Assembly: GCF_006345805.1 (NCBI RefSeq)
Contig: NC_042999.1
Coordinates: forward strand, 145,142,001-145,206,000
DNA length: 64,000 nt
From: Octopus sinensis
Lineage: Eukaryota
Direction: 5' to 3'
The position numbers and the translations under genes are program-made. A model generated the notes under the pieces. That model saw nothing but the letters and a program-made list of their open reading frames with translations. It ran no database searches and had not been told where the DNA came from. This document shows, one piece after another, positions 39,890 through 51,407 of this stretch (position 1 is the stretch's first letter; each line of letters begins with the position of its first letter).

Positions 39890-39927
39890 GTCTCTGATGA
39901 CGGAATACCCAGAAACAGCTGTAAGAC
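39890..39927 (+). ncRNA. Minimal type I hammerhead ribozyme motif in a Penelope-like LTR relic (~39500-40130)
   Basis: gtct-CTGATGA-cggaataccca-GAAA-cagctg-TA-agac: stem I gtct/agac, palindromic stem III acagctgt, GUA cleavage triplet; stem II is weak. Confidence 0.65.
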
Positions 39928-40513
39928 ATCCATTAATTAATTACTTCAAATTCACCTTACTCTAATTAAATATACTAAATTACTTGAGATACTCGTCCTG
40001 CCTTGGTTTTTGTTGTCTTTCTTCCTCTAATATATACCTGCTAACTCGGAAGCCTACAACGGATCCCAAGCACCAGCCTCATCTATGAACTTGCAACCTA
40101 ACGCATGACCAATTATAGCACTTACACAGAGTACCTATTCATTTAGATAAGCAGTGGATTAAACCTCTCATATTCTATATGCACGCGCGCTCTCTCTCTC
40201 TCTCTCTCTCTCATACACACACACACACACACACTCACTCGCACACACACATGTATGTTTTTATGATCAGTTATAATAAAAACTCTACTTTGTAGAGTAC
40301 AAGTTTATTATTCTTCAACAAGAATGATGGCTTAGCAGGCCGAAACTTCTAAGTCATTCTCAATAATATTCTTGTTTCAGAATAGTATATATATATATAT
40401 ATATATATAATTTTATTAAAGCTGCAAAATGCTTTTGAAAACTGTTTCTCAGTTTCAAGTATCCGTTCCTTAGACAGCTGTGACATACATACATATATAC
40501 ATACATACATACA

Positions 40514-40546
<33 letters not shown>

Positions 40547-40614
40547 GCGCGCGCACACACACACGTGCGCACGTGCATATACATCCATACAAACACATAT
40601 AAAATGGGATCTCA

Positions 40615-40765
40615 CACATTTTCCGTCAAAGAAATCTATCCACAAGGCATTGGTCTGCCCAGGGCTATTGTTGAAGACACTTCCTCAAGGTGCCACGTAG
40701 TGGGACTGAACCTGAAACCACGTGGCTGCAAAACTAGCTTCTTAACTGCAAAGCCATGCCTGTGC
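40615..40765 (-). mobile_element. SINE family A 5' part (reverse)
   Basis: gaagacacttcctcaaggtgccacgtagtgggactgaacc. Confidence 0.7.
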
Positions 40766-41529
40766 TTAAGGAATTTTTCTACATTTCGAACTTAATCGAA
40801 TGCACACATTATTCGAACTCTTGCTGAAGATTCTTGGTTTCTGGAATTGTATGTGACTCCTTGTTTTTGGCATTTATCTGAATAACAATGTAACTTGACA
40901 TTTGTGTTTTCGTGTTAAATAATATCGAATGCTTCTTAATAGATTTTTAATTGAGAACTCCTGGAGGTATTTTAAAAGCTTTTTAGACAAATGATTATGT
41001 TTAGAGATAAAATAAAGTGCGATTCAGTTTATTCGGGACCGTACTTTCATTTGCAAGTATATCACCACAGACCAAACTCCGATGAAAGATTTCTTTCGAC
41101 ACCAGAAAATGTAAAAACAGTTTTTTATAATCTTCTTTGAATAAATGAGGCTTAGAAACTCTACTTGTCCATCTCTTATGTAGTAAAGCAGAACCTTTCA
41201 ACATATAATTGAAGGAACAGGAATAAAACTGAGAAAGCAGATTATGTGACAAATAATATGAGGTTCTTTAATGTCCATATTTTCCTACCATTAAAGTTCT
41301 TCAACGGATATTGCCAACCGACAGAGCTTATTTATAAATAATACGCTTATGAACAGATAATTCTTGGAGTGCAACAGACATACGGCGCCGGCCCCCACTA
41401 ATCTGTATCTCAATGCGTATGTGTCTATGTGCGTCTGTATGTGGGTCTCTCTCTGCGTATCCGCATCAGTCTGCGTATGTATATGTATATGCATAGCTAT
41501 ACGTGCGTGTATATATCTGTAATGTATTT

Positions 41530-41949
41530 GTATATATATATATATATACATACATACATGCATGCATGCAAACATACATACATGCATGCTTACATACATG
41601 CATGCATACATACACGCGCACGCGCACACGCGCACACGTGCACACGCGCACGCGCACACGCGCACACGCGCACACGCGCACGTGCACACGCGCACACGTG
41701 CACACGCACTAACGTGCACACGCGCACGCGCACACGCTCGCACGCGCACACGCTCGCACGCCTACACGCTCGCACGCGCACACGCTCGCACGCGCACACG
41801 CTCGCACGCGCACACGCTCGCACGCGCACACGCTCGCACGCGCACACGCTCGCACGCACGCACGCGCACACGCTCGCACGCGCGCGCACACACGCATGCA
41901 CACACACATGCACACACACACATGCACACACACACAGGCGCACACACAC

Positions 41950-41992
<43 letters not shown>

Positions 41993-42015
41993 GACAGACA
42001 GACAGACAGACAGAC
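41530..42015. repeat. Compound purine-pyrimidine repeat: (TA), (CATG), GCACACGC / GCACGCGCACACGCTC higher-order units, (CA)n, (CAGA)n
   Basis: Direct reading. Confidence 0.9.
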
Positions 42016-42359
42016 GAATCAAAATATTCAGTAATCTTTCGGCTACCAAATAAAGTATGGTTTTTGTACAACACTTTTTTTACTACAAAAATAACCCCGA
42101 AAACGAGGTCGGATCGCACAATTTTGAGGTCATTTTTCGGGCAATATTTGGATTTGCTACTAATTTACGATGCCAATTTTAATGTTTTTGGCGTAAAAAA
42201 ATGCAGCAATGTACAAAGAGTGTTATGAGCGCATTTGTGATGTACAAAGACCTATTTGTCAACGGAAAATGATCGAAAAACATGTTTTTTTTTGGCACAA
42301 TTATTGGCACATTTTCTGTACCGCCCACTTCCGCTTTTTTCTTTATTCTTTCGATCTCT

Positions 42360-42846
42360 ATGTTTTCGATATAAGAGAATACGATTTCGCCCCCAAATCA
42401 CATTTTCAAAATGTTATCCCCACTTCCCACCCCAATTTCTTAATTTTCAACTTTATTCGATTTTTTTAATCCACGAAGAAAAATACCGAGATTGCGAAAC
42501 TGGGAAATTTTTTTTGGATTTTAATTTTTCTTAAAGAAACACTCAATGTCCCTCCCCACCTCGCCTACCCATTACCTCCCCGTTTTCAAAAAGCTAAAAA
42601 CTCCGAATATTTCACTTTCGTCTGATGTTTGCGCAGACCACCACCAGAAAACCCGGCTAGAAACAACAGCTAAACAACATTATTCCCTGCTTTTAAAAGA
42701 GCTAAAAAGTGAAACATTCGGAGTTTTTAGCCTTTTGAATGTGAGGAGGTAATGGGTAGAGGTTGGGGAAGGGCGTTTGAGTATCTCTTTAAGAAAATTT
42801 TAAAAAATTCTTAAAGATTCGTAATCTCTGTATTTCTCTATGTTGA

Positions 42847-42886
<40 letters not shown>

Positions 42887-42990
42887 AAATTCGAAAAAGT
42901 TAAAAATGAAAAAATTAGGATGGAGAGGGTGGAAATCAAAATTTTGAAAACGTGTCTTTTGGGCAAAATTCTAATCTCTTATATAAAAAA
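42360..42990. repeat. Long imperfect inverted repeat (~260-bp arms), probably a DNA transposon/foldback relic
   Basis: cctacccattacctccccg...aaaaagctaaaaactccgaatatttcacttt versus aaagtgaaacattcggagtttttagcctttt...ggaggtaatgggtag. Confidence 0.7.
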
Positions 42991-44389
42991 AGGTGGGAGG
43001 GGGCGCATATGTCACCACCGACATGCTAGAAACAACAGCTAAACGATACGGTTTCTGCAAAAAAACTTCCTTTTAAGTGTATATCGAAGATCACAAACAC
43101 AGATTACAAAAAAAGAAAAAAGAAAAAATGAAGGTCGGTGGCGTTCGGATCAAAGCACGTAATAATAAAACCCCTCATAACTTTTTAATTTTAAGAATTT
43201 TCACAAAGGTTTTTCGATTCTGTCTTCTGCATAATGGAATTAATACGATCATCCAATAAAACAATTTTATTAAAAGTATTCCCCCACTAATTCCAAAATT
43301 TTCCACTACTTTTCCATTAAAAGGAAACATTTTGGGTTTTAAAATACGGACAGTCCGATACTGCCATTCGTTTCTCTTTATAATTTCCAAATAATTTAAA
43401 AAAAATATTTCGAAATAAAAATTCTTCGATGTTTGTGTAAGAGAAAATTATGTTATGAAAATAAATTACCTGTAACTTATCTTTAAATTATTGCGGATAA
43501 CGTATTAAAACTCGAAAACTTGCCCACGAAGTGTACAATCTAAATTTCAATCTGATTGTGATCTTCTCGCTAAGGGTCACTCTTATTTCTAAAAGAAAAC
43601 GGATCTGATTTGTTAAAAACAAAAGACAGTGCGTATTGTGTCATTCTTCCAATTTTCCTGGCAAAGGAAGTTTTGCATACTTGCAATATATGACAACAAG
43701 GCAAAGAAGGGTCTTCTTGTGCCTGCTCCAGTTATTCTCTATTTTCGCACGGTGTTCTCAAGGCGGAGCCCCTGTAGCGAGGTACAAAGAAGCCAACGCC
43801 ATTTTGAAACAGCGAGATCTGGTCTGCAACCATTATTTAAGGAAAAGACAGCATTTTCCGTCTCATTCTTCTCACGCTGACGCCGAGCAAGATTTCGAAA
43901 CCAGGAGCTCAGAGCGGACATTTGTCCCGCTGTCATACCACATGCATTGTCGCCAGAGGTTATTGAACTTCACGTGTATGAGAGAGAAGGCTAACAACGC
44001 ACTGTTGTGAAGATGATTATTGAAAGCAAACCCCTTGTACAAAGCACCTGTGAATAAACGGTTATTGAATTTACTCAGCCCGAGAACTTCATTCTTCGTA
44101 TTTCCAGCTCATTGTATCAAAAGAAGAATTATAATGGAAGAAGATACCCCAAAAGTATCATAAAGTCCTTCCTTCCGTTATAACCTCCTTCTCTAAATTA
44201 ATAATAGCAGATAATATTCATATGATTTCTATTTCTCTACATTTTTATGACCTTATAATAACCAACCTCAACACAATTGTAACTTAAGTGTAAATTTATT
44301 TCAACTGTAGTTACAAAAGAATTATATTTCACCTCCTCCAGCAGGAAAAAACATGTTTAAACAGGTAATTTTGAAGAAAATAAAGCGGA

Positions 44390-44437
<48 letters not shown>

Positions 44438-44669
44438 ACACACACACACACACATTCACACACACACACACAAAATCTAAAATAGGGTAATTTCAACCTT
44501 TTACAGCAAAGCGCTTCAAATAGAAAAATCTTTAACATATTTTGCAAATACATAACTTCAATACAATACTAGGTATTGTTAGCGAAAAAACCATTCTTTT
44601 TCATATAAAGCAGAATATTTCCTGTTATATTTCAACTAAAAGACTCGAAGAAAGAAAAGCGGAAACTTG

Positions 44670-44706
44670 CGCTCGCGCACACTACGCGCACGCACGCACG
44701 CACGTA

Positions 44707-44750
<44 letters not shown>

Positions 44751-44802
44751 CGTACGCACGCACGCACGTACGCACGCACGCACGTACGCACGCACGCACG
44801 TA

Positions 44803-44858
<56 letters not shown>

Positions 44859-44885
44859 CACACACACACAAACAAACAAACAGAC
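44670..44885. repeat. (GCAC)n / (CA)n microsatellite
   Basis: Direct reading. Confidence 0.9.
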
Positions 44886-45110
44886 AGGCAAACAATCCGA
44901 AACAAAGAAATGTATAAAATGAACTCGACAATAAATTTTATATAAACAAAACTGTTTTCTCAGAAAATATTTCCTACTCAATTGTTAAAATTATTCTTTA
45001 ATGTTTCGACTTCAAGAAATATTTTGCTGCTCAAAAATCACATAACAATGTGATGTATATTTTGTAGTCAGATATTACTGCAAGAACGTATGTGAGAGTG
45101 TCTGTCTGTC

Positions 45111-45146
<36 letters not shown>

Positions 45147-45147
<1 letters not shown>

Positions 45148-46175
45148 GGAGGGGAGGTACGACGACGAGCTCGGGGCAAACCTGGGCGTCGACGAGGAAT
45201 ACCTGACCCGCCTGTTTCAAACGACTTTCGGCCCGGGACCTATGGACAACTTCCAGAGATCCCTGGCCTGGCGGTGCTACCGAGAAGCGCTACCCGTTCG
45301 GGATAAGCTCTATAGGCATGGCTCGAGAAACACGGGGCCGACCTGCCCGAGATGCGGGCAGAGCGACGAAACCGCTCTGCACGCAATCGTGCAGTGTCCA
45401 GCAATTTCTCACCTGTGGGCTTATGTCGAACGACTGCTGTCACGTGTGGGACGTGTCGGTTTATCAGCCGAGTCTATCGTTAATATCGTCACGCCTCCTT
45501 CCTTCAAACGGGAAGGAAGAGCTATTTTTATCATACTTGTGGCTATGGCGAAAGAATGTATCTGGTGGACGCGTCTGAAAGGATTAGAGACAAACACTTT
45601 CCTCTCTGGTCAATCTCTCATCAACTTCTTCAAGTATCACTTGAAGAAAAAAGTGAGAGTAGAGAGGCAAGTTTTGTCTAGTGAATGTTTTAAAAAAAGA
45701 TGGGTGAATGTAGCAAGGATGGCACGTATGAATGACGAAGCCACCTTGACTATGATTCTATGAACCATAAAAATTAATACAGAGAGTTGCTTATTTGCAA
45801 AAAAAAAAAAAAAAAAAAGAAATATAACATGTGACTTCATTGACCGAGGTTACCGTGGTCTTTTCCGTAGGCTTTTCTTTCCACGGGTAAACCTCACCTG
45901 TCCTCCCCTTTACACTTCATATTGACATTTCTGTGATAACGATCCCTATTGATCAATTTTTTTTCCTCCCCCCCTTTTTTTTTAACCCCCCCCTTTTTTT
46001 GTCCTCTTTCTCTCCTTTTACGATCCCTTTTGGTCGACCCCCCCTTTTTTATTTTATTTTATTTTTTATTTTATTATTTTATTTTATTTTATTTTTTTTT
46101 TTAAACCTTCAAAAGAAAAGCTCTACCTTGTAATTTGTTCTATCTGTGTGCAGCCCTGTGTGGCTAATAAAGAAC
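45147..46175 (+). mobile_element. L1/Tx1-clade retrotransposon copy 1 (5'-truncated, divergent subfamily)
   Basis: Begins directly after (TATC)n at the position equivalent to 50401 of copy 3. Intact ORF2 C-terminus with CPRCGQSDETALHAIVQC zinc finger, stop at 45763. Has its own 3' UTR, ending cagccctgtgtggctaataaagaac, then (ATCT)n. Confidence 0.92.
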
Positions 46176-46259
<84 letters not shown>

Positions 46260-46552
46260 AAGAAAGAAAGAGAGCATTTTTGATCTCATGTGGTTATTTC
46301 CTCCCTGACTGGGGTTCCCGTGGTCTTTTCTGTAGGCTTTTCCTCCCACGGATGAACCCAATCTTGTTATATCAATGTTTACATCATTATTTCTGTGATA
46401 CACGATTTCCTTTTTTTTCCTTTTTTCCTCCTCTCGATCCCTTTTAATCGCAATCTTACATTTTTTATTTTTTTTCCACCCTCGAAAATGAAAAGCTCTG
46501 CATTTGTATTTGTCCCCTCTGTATTCAGCCCTGTGTGGCTAATAAAAGAAAG

Positions 46553-46553
<1 letters not shown>
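46260..46553 (+). mobile_element. L1/Tx1-clade retrotransposon copy 2 (3' UTR only)
   Basis: Near-identical to 51027-51322; flanked on both sides by (TATC)n. Confidence 0.92.
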
Positions 46554-46639
<86 letters not shown>

Positions 46640-47560
46640 CCTAAAAAAAGACTGCAAATCTGCCGCAAGAAAACAACAGCAACAACAACAGCAGCCGGAA
46701 ACAAAAACAAATAAACAAGGTTTACTACCCACACCACTTTTTGCAGGAACAAACCTCACCAAACAAACAACCACACCAACTGCAGCACCAAGAACAGAAG
46801 CAGCATCACCAACAACAACAACCAAGAATATACCAACTCCCAAACCAAGGACATCTGCCAAAAAGACACCACCCAGCAAAATGAAGAAACAATTACAACT
46901 CCAAATCCCCACAAAATTGAGACCCTAAACAACACAACAATACCCACAATCACTCAAACACAAAATACCCAAACCCCACATCCAAAACCGCATACACCAC
47001 AACCAAACGCTCACCAACCAACACCAACAACAAAACCAACACAGTCGACAATAGACCCCAATACTTTCCCTCTTCCAGACTCCGATTCGTCTGATCTGTC
47101 ATTAGACGAAGAAGACACGGAAGATTGGCAAATAGCCACAGGGGGGAGAAGAAAAAGGGGAAAAAAAAGAAAAGAAAAAATAACAAACAAAGCGGGAAGA
47201 TACACCACTCCCGAAACAAAAACATCCACAGAAAACACACACATCAACACAAACACACCATCATCAAACCCCACAAAAATGTTGACAGCCATTAACACAA
47301 ACAACCACGACCTAATGGAACACATTAGGTCAAACACTAACATTACTGAAAACGACATAAAAACAAGTAACCACCCACACACAACACCACCACAACACAT
47401 TAAAATAATACACGTGACACAGAACACATACAGCACCCTGAAATCTCTTTACCCTGATGCAGTAGGGAGATTTCAAAAGTACTCATCGAAAAAACTGTAT
47501 AAAAGCCTCATAGAAGAAGACCGTGAGGTGAAAGACAAAGAACTTTCGAAAAACAAGTAA
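46640..47560 (+). pseudogene. ORF1 C-terminal part of the Tx1-like element (truncated and frameshifted)
   Basis: Starts LKKDC (end of a gag-type CCHC knuckle, xHxKKDC), then a Thr/Pro/Lys-rich linker and acidic + WQIATGGRRKR basic motif, in frame with MLTAINT...KNK* at 47560. Confidence 0.65.
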
Positions 47561-47602
47561 CCTTTTCTCTCTCCTTTTCCTTTTTTGCACTTTTATCGGA
47601 AC

Positions 47603-50600
47603 ATGCTCAGAATAGGTAGTATAAATGTACGTGGCTTGGGGTCGCCTTGGAAACAAGGCTACCTGTTAAATGACATCAAGTCACTAAATCTGAATATCAT
47701 AGCCATCAGTGAGACCAGACTCCACAGCTTGCGGGCACTCCAGCACATTTTCGGTACACATTTCAACATTTATTTTTCTCCGTGTCTACCGAGAATGGGC
47801 GGAGGTGGCACCGCGGTGCTTATCCGGAAGAGTCTGGATCTCAAAGTAAGAGCAAATTTCCTAGACCCGGAGGGTAGGCTGGTCGTTTTAGATGTCGATG
47901 GCAGCAATGAGTGTGCTTTTCGACTGATAGCAGTTTATGCTCCGTCCTTAACAGGCCGACCAGATTTCTTTCGACGTCTAGAGTCTTTCATGGGAACGTC
48001 TCGTCCTTTACTTTTAGTGGGGGATTGGAATGCCACCCTGGACACGCATCTAGACTACGTGGGCAGAGATAGCAAAAGACCTGCTCAGACGTTTCCAACT
48101 GTCTGACAGGTACCGACTGGACCACCCGAATGTGCCAATGTGGACATGGAGTAACCGCATCGGGTCGTCCAGATCATACTTAGATAGAGTATTCTGTAGG
48201 ACAATAGATAAAAATAGTGTAGGTTGTCCACAATTTCATATAGTCAGTTACACAGATCACAAGTTTGTGACTTGTACACTTGACTTAGATAAGACACATA
48301 GGCAGGGTCCTGGTTACTGGAAACTGAACGCGTCTTTTACAGCACGACAGGTTTACAGGGACCGGATCAGCACATTAGTTAAGAGAGCTTTGACGGGTAC
48401 CATCATCAACAACAGATGGTGGTATGCCCTAAAAAAAGCGATTAAAGCAGAATCAGTCAGATACAGTAGAGCCCTAGCATTAGACCGAAATAGAATAGAG
48501 GGAGATTTAGTTAAGGTTTTAGAAGAGGCACTTAAAACTGGCATCGCGTCCAACGTACTGGCGGCGAGATTGGCCCTCGACTAACACCTCAACGCCAAAC
48601 ACGAGGGATGCGTTGTCAGAGCTAGGATGCGTGCTCTGAGGAACGAAGGAGTTGGAGCCGCCCAAGAGGCCCGAGTGGTGGAGACGCAACGAGGCAACAG
48701 AGCCACCATCAAGTCTCTTATAGATGAACAGGGGCGCGAATTGCTCGAGCCTAAAAGGATGTGTGGGGTTTTTCAACAACACTTCACCCAACTGTTTGGG
48801 ACAAGTGGTGAGTCAGAAAGCAGAGTGGACTTTAGTGCCTACCTGCATGCCTTGCCACGACTCTCAGCAAGGGAGGTGGAGTCTTGTGAAAAGCCTATCA
48901 CAGCTGCGGACGTACAGGATGCGATGGTAGGCTGCGCGAGAGACAAGTCACCAGGCTTGGATGGTCTGCCCTACGAATTTTATTTTCATATGCCAGACTT
49001 GTTTGGAGGCGTCTTGGCAGCTGTCTACTGCAACTGGCAGCAGAACGGGAGTATTCCTGCTTTTGTAAAGCGAGGAGCAGTGGCACTGATCAAGAAAGAC
49101 CCAAACAAGGGGGACGTCATAGATAATTTCAGGCCCATCACTCTGCTCAACGCAGATTTGAAAATTTTGGCCAAGGTGTTAGCCGAGAGGTTGGCGCTTG
49201 TCATCAAGAAACTAATCGACAAGGCGCAAACATGCGCCGTGCCGGGTAGAAGTATTCATGACAACCTCCATCTGATGCGCTACATCATAGACAGGGTAGT
49301 TAAAAATCCTGGCATGGGTGGGGCGCTGATCAATTTGGATCAATCAAAAGCCTTCGATAGGGTAGACCATCACTACTTGGAGGCTGTCCTCAAAGCGGCT
49401 GGTTTCGGTCCAGTTTTCCGCGGTTGGATCGCTGCCTTATACAGCGGCATCCGCTCAGTAGTTCGCGTAAATGGTCATCTATCCAGACCTTTTAACATCA
49501 TGCGTTCGGTTCGTCAGGGATGCCCCCTCTCATCGCTGCTGTATGTACTGACTCTTGAGCCACTACTGCGGAAACTGGCGACGCTGAGGGGCATCCCACG
49601 AGAGCTGGGATGCGGGAGGAGCGTGTCTGCATACGCGGATGACGTCACCGTCATAGTGTCGAGCTACGAGCACATCTAGCTGGTCGGCGAGACACTGAAA
49701 GAATACGAAGCGGTAACGGGAGCAAAAATTAACCGGGAAAAGTCAGTGGGTTTGCGGCTCGGCACCTGGAGAAGCAAGCCCATGCCGTCCAACAGCGTCT
49801 CCATCGTGGGACGCTGGACGGACGGACCGGTTAAATTGCTCGGGGTCTGGTTCGGTCCGGACCTCCAAATGGAGAAGATCTGGGGCGAGATAACGACTAG
49901 GGTGGCTACTCTCACCCAGAAATGGACTGAGAGAAAGCTATCCCTAAAAGGTCGGGCGGAGGTGGCGAACGCGTACATCGCATCCGTCATCGAGTATCGT
50001 CTGACCGTCGTGCCTTGTCCCGACCCTACCATCACCAAACTGGAACGCATACTCTTCCGCTTCTTGTGGAAGGGAAACGTTCCGATGGTTAGGCGATCCA
50101 TTTGCTGCCAACACCCGCTAAATGGAGGGCTGGGCATGCCGTGGTTGATGATGCGCAGACATGCGCTGAGACTGCGACATCTCCGGCGCTTCATAGACAA
50201 CGGTGAACAGGGGTGGTCGCCTTTTGTGCGGCACGCTTTCCCGCAGCTCGTCTCCTTGGACGAACTACAGTCATGGATCAAGCAGAGACCGAGGCTAGGC
50301 GAATGGCACCGCGAGTGTCGCGTTGCTCTCAAGCAACTCTGCCGTCCGGGATCGAACTTGTGCGACTCCATCACAACAAAGGCATTCTATAGAGGATTAG
50401 TGGAGGGGAGGTGCGACGACGAACTCGGGCAGAGTCTGGGCGTCGACGAGGAACACCTGACCCGCCTGTTCAGGACAACTTTCGGGCCGGGACCTATGAA
50501 CAATCACCAAAGATCCCTGGCCTGGCAGTGCTATCGAGAAGCATTACCTGTTCGGGATAAGCTCTACAGACACGGTTCCAGACACACTGGACCGACTTGC

Positions 50601-51017
50601 CCGAGATGCGGTCAGAGCGACGAAACCGTTCTGCACGCACTCGTGCAATGTCCAACCATTTCCGACCTGTGGGCTTATGCCGAACGGTTGCTGTCACGTG
50701 TGGGACGAATCCGCCTATCGGCCGAGTCTATCGTGAGAATTGCTCCGCCCCCTTCCCTCAACCGGGAAGGCAAGGCAGTTTTCATCGTACTGGTGGCCAT
50801 GGTGAAAGAATGTGTGTGGTGGACTCGAGCGAAAGGATTAGAGACAAACACTTACCTCTCTGGCCAATCGCTCATCAACTTTTTCAAGTACCACTTGAAA
50901 AGGAAGGTGAGAATGGAGAGGGAAGTTTTGTCTCGCGAAAGATTCAAAAAAAGATGGGTGAATGTTGCAAAGATGGTGCGTGCTAGTAACGAAACCATTT
51001 TGAGCATGATCCTGTAG
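47603..51017 (+). pseudogene. ORF2 (APE endonuclease-reverse transcriptase-zinc finger) of the Tx1-like element, three lesions
   Basis: EN: GSINVRGL, ISETRL, VGDWNA, YLDRVF, TDHK. RT: KSPGLDGLPYEFY, FRPITLLNAD, LDQSKAFDRVDH, VRQGCPLS, AYADD. C-terminus CPRC...HALVQC. Frameshift/deletion near 48075, in-frame stops at 48582-48584 and 49677-49679. Confidence 0.95.
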
Positions 51018-51321
51018 ATCGTAAAAAAGAAAGAAAGAGAGCATTTTTGACCTCATGTGTTTATTTCCTCCCTGACTGGGGTTCCCGTGGTCTTTTCTGT
51101 AGGCTTTTCTTCCCACGGATGAACCCAATCTTGTTATATCAATGTTTACACCATTATTTCTGTGATACACGATTTTCTTTTTTTTTTCCTTTTTTTTCCT
51201 CCTCTCGATCCCTTTTGATCGCAATCTTACATTTTTTATTTTTTTCCACCCTCGAAAAGAAAAGCTCTGCATTTGTATTTGTCCCCTCTGTATTCAGCCC
51301 TGTGTGGCTAATAAAAGAAAG

Positions 51322-51407
<86 letters not shown>

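Larger units (their letters stand above)
46640..51322 (+). mobile_element. L1/Tx1-clade retrotransposon copy 3 (ORF1 3' part + complete but disabled ORF2 + 3' UTR)
   Basis: APE endonuclease, RT and C-terminal zinc finger motifs; flanked by (TATC)n at 46554-46639 and 51323-51407; no poly(A). Confidence 0.95.

Noticed and set aside
40320-40350. Hammerhead-like 'tgatggcttagcaggccgaaac'
   Set aside because: The core lacks the C of CUGA and the second A, and there is no stem III or cleavage triplet.
43640-44105. Possible solo LTR (GC-richer block ending AATAAA...CA)
   Set aside because: I could not define TG...CA ends or a TSD with confidence.
45092-45146. Apparent N-terminus of the 223-aa ORF 45092-45763 (and the YLSI repeats in ORFs 46395-46928 and 51047-51424)
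   Set aside because: Read-through of (TATC)n into a truncated retrotransposon, not a real gene start.
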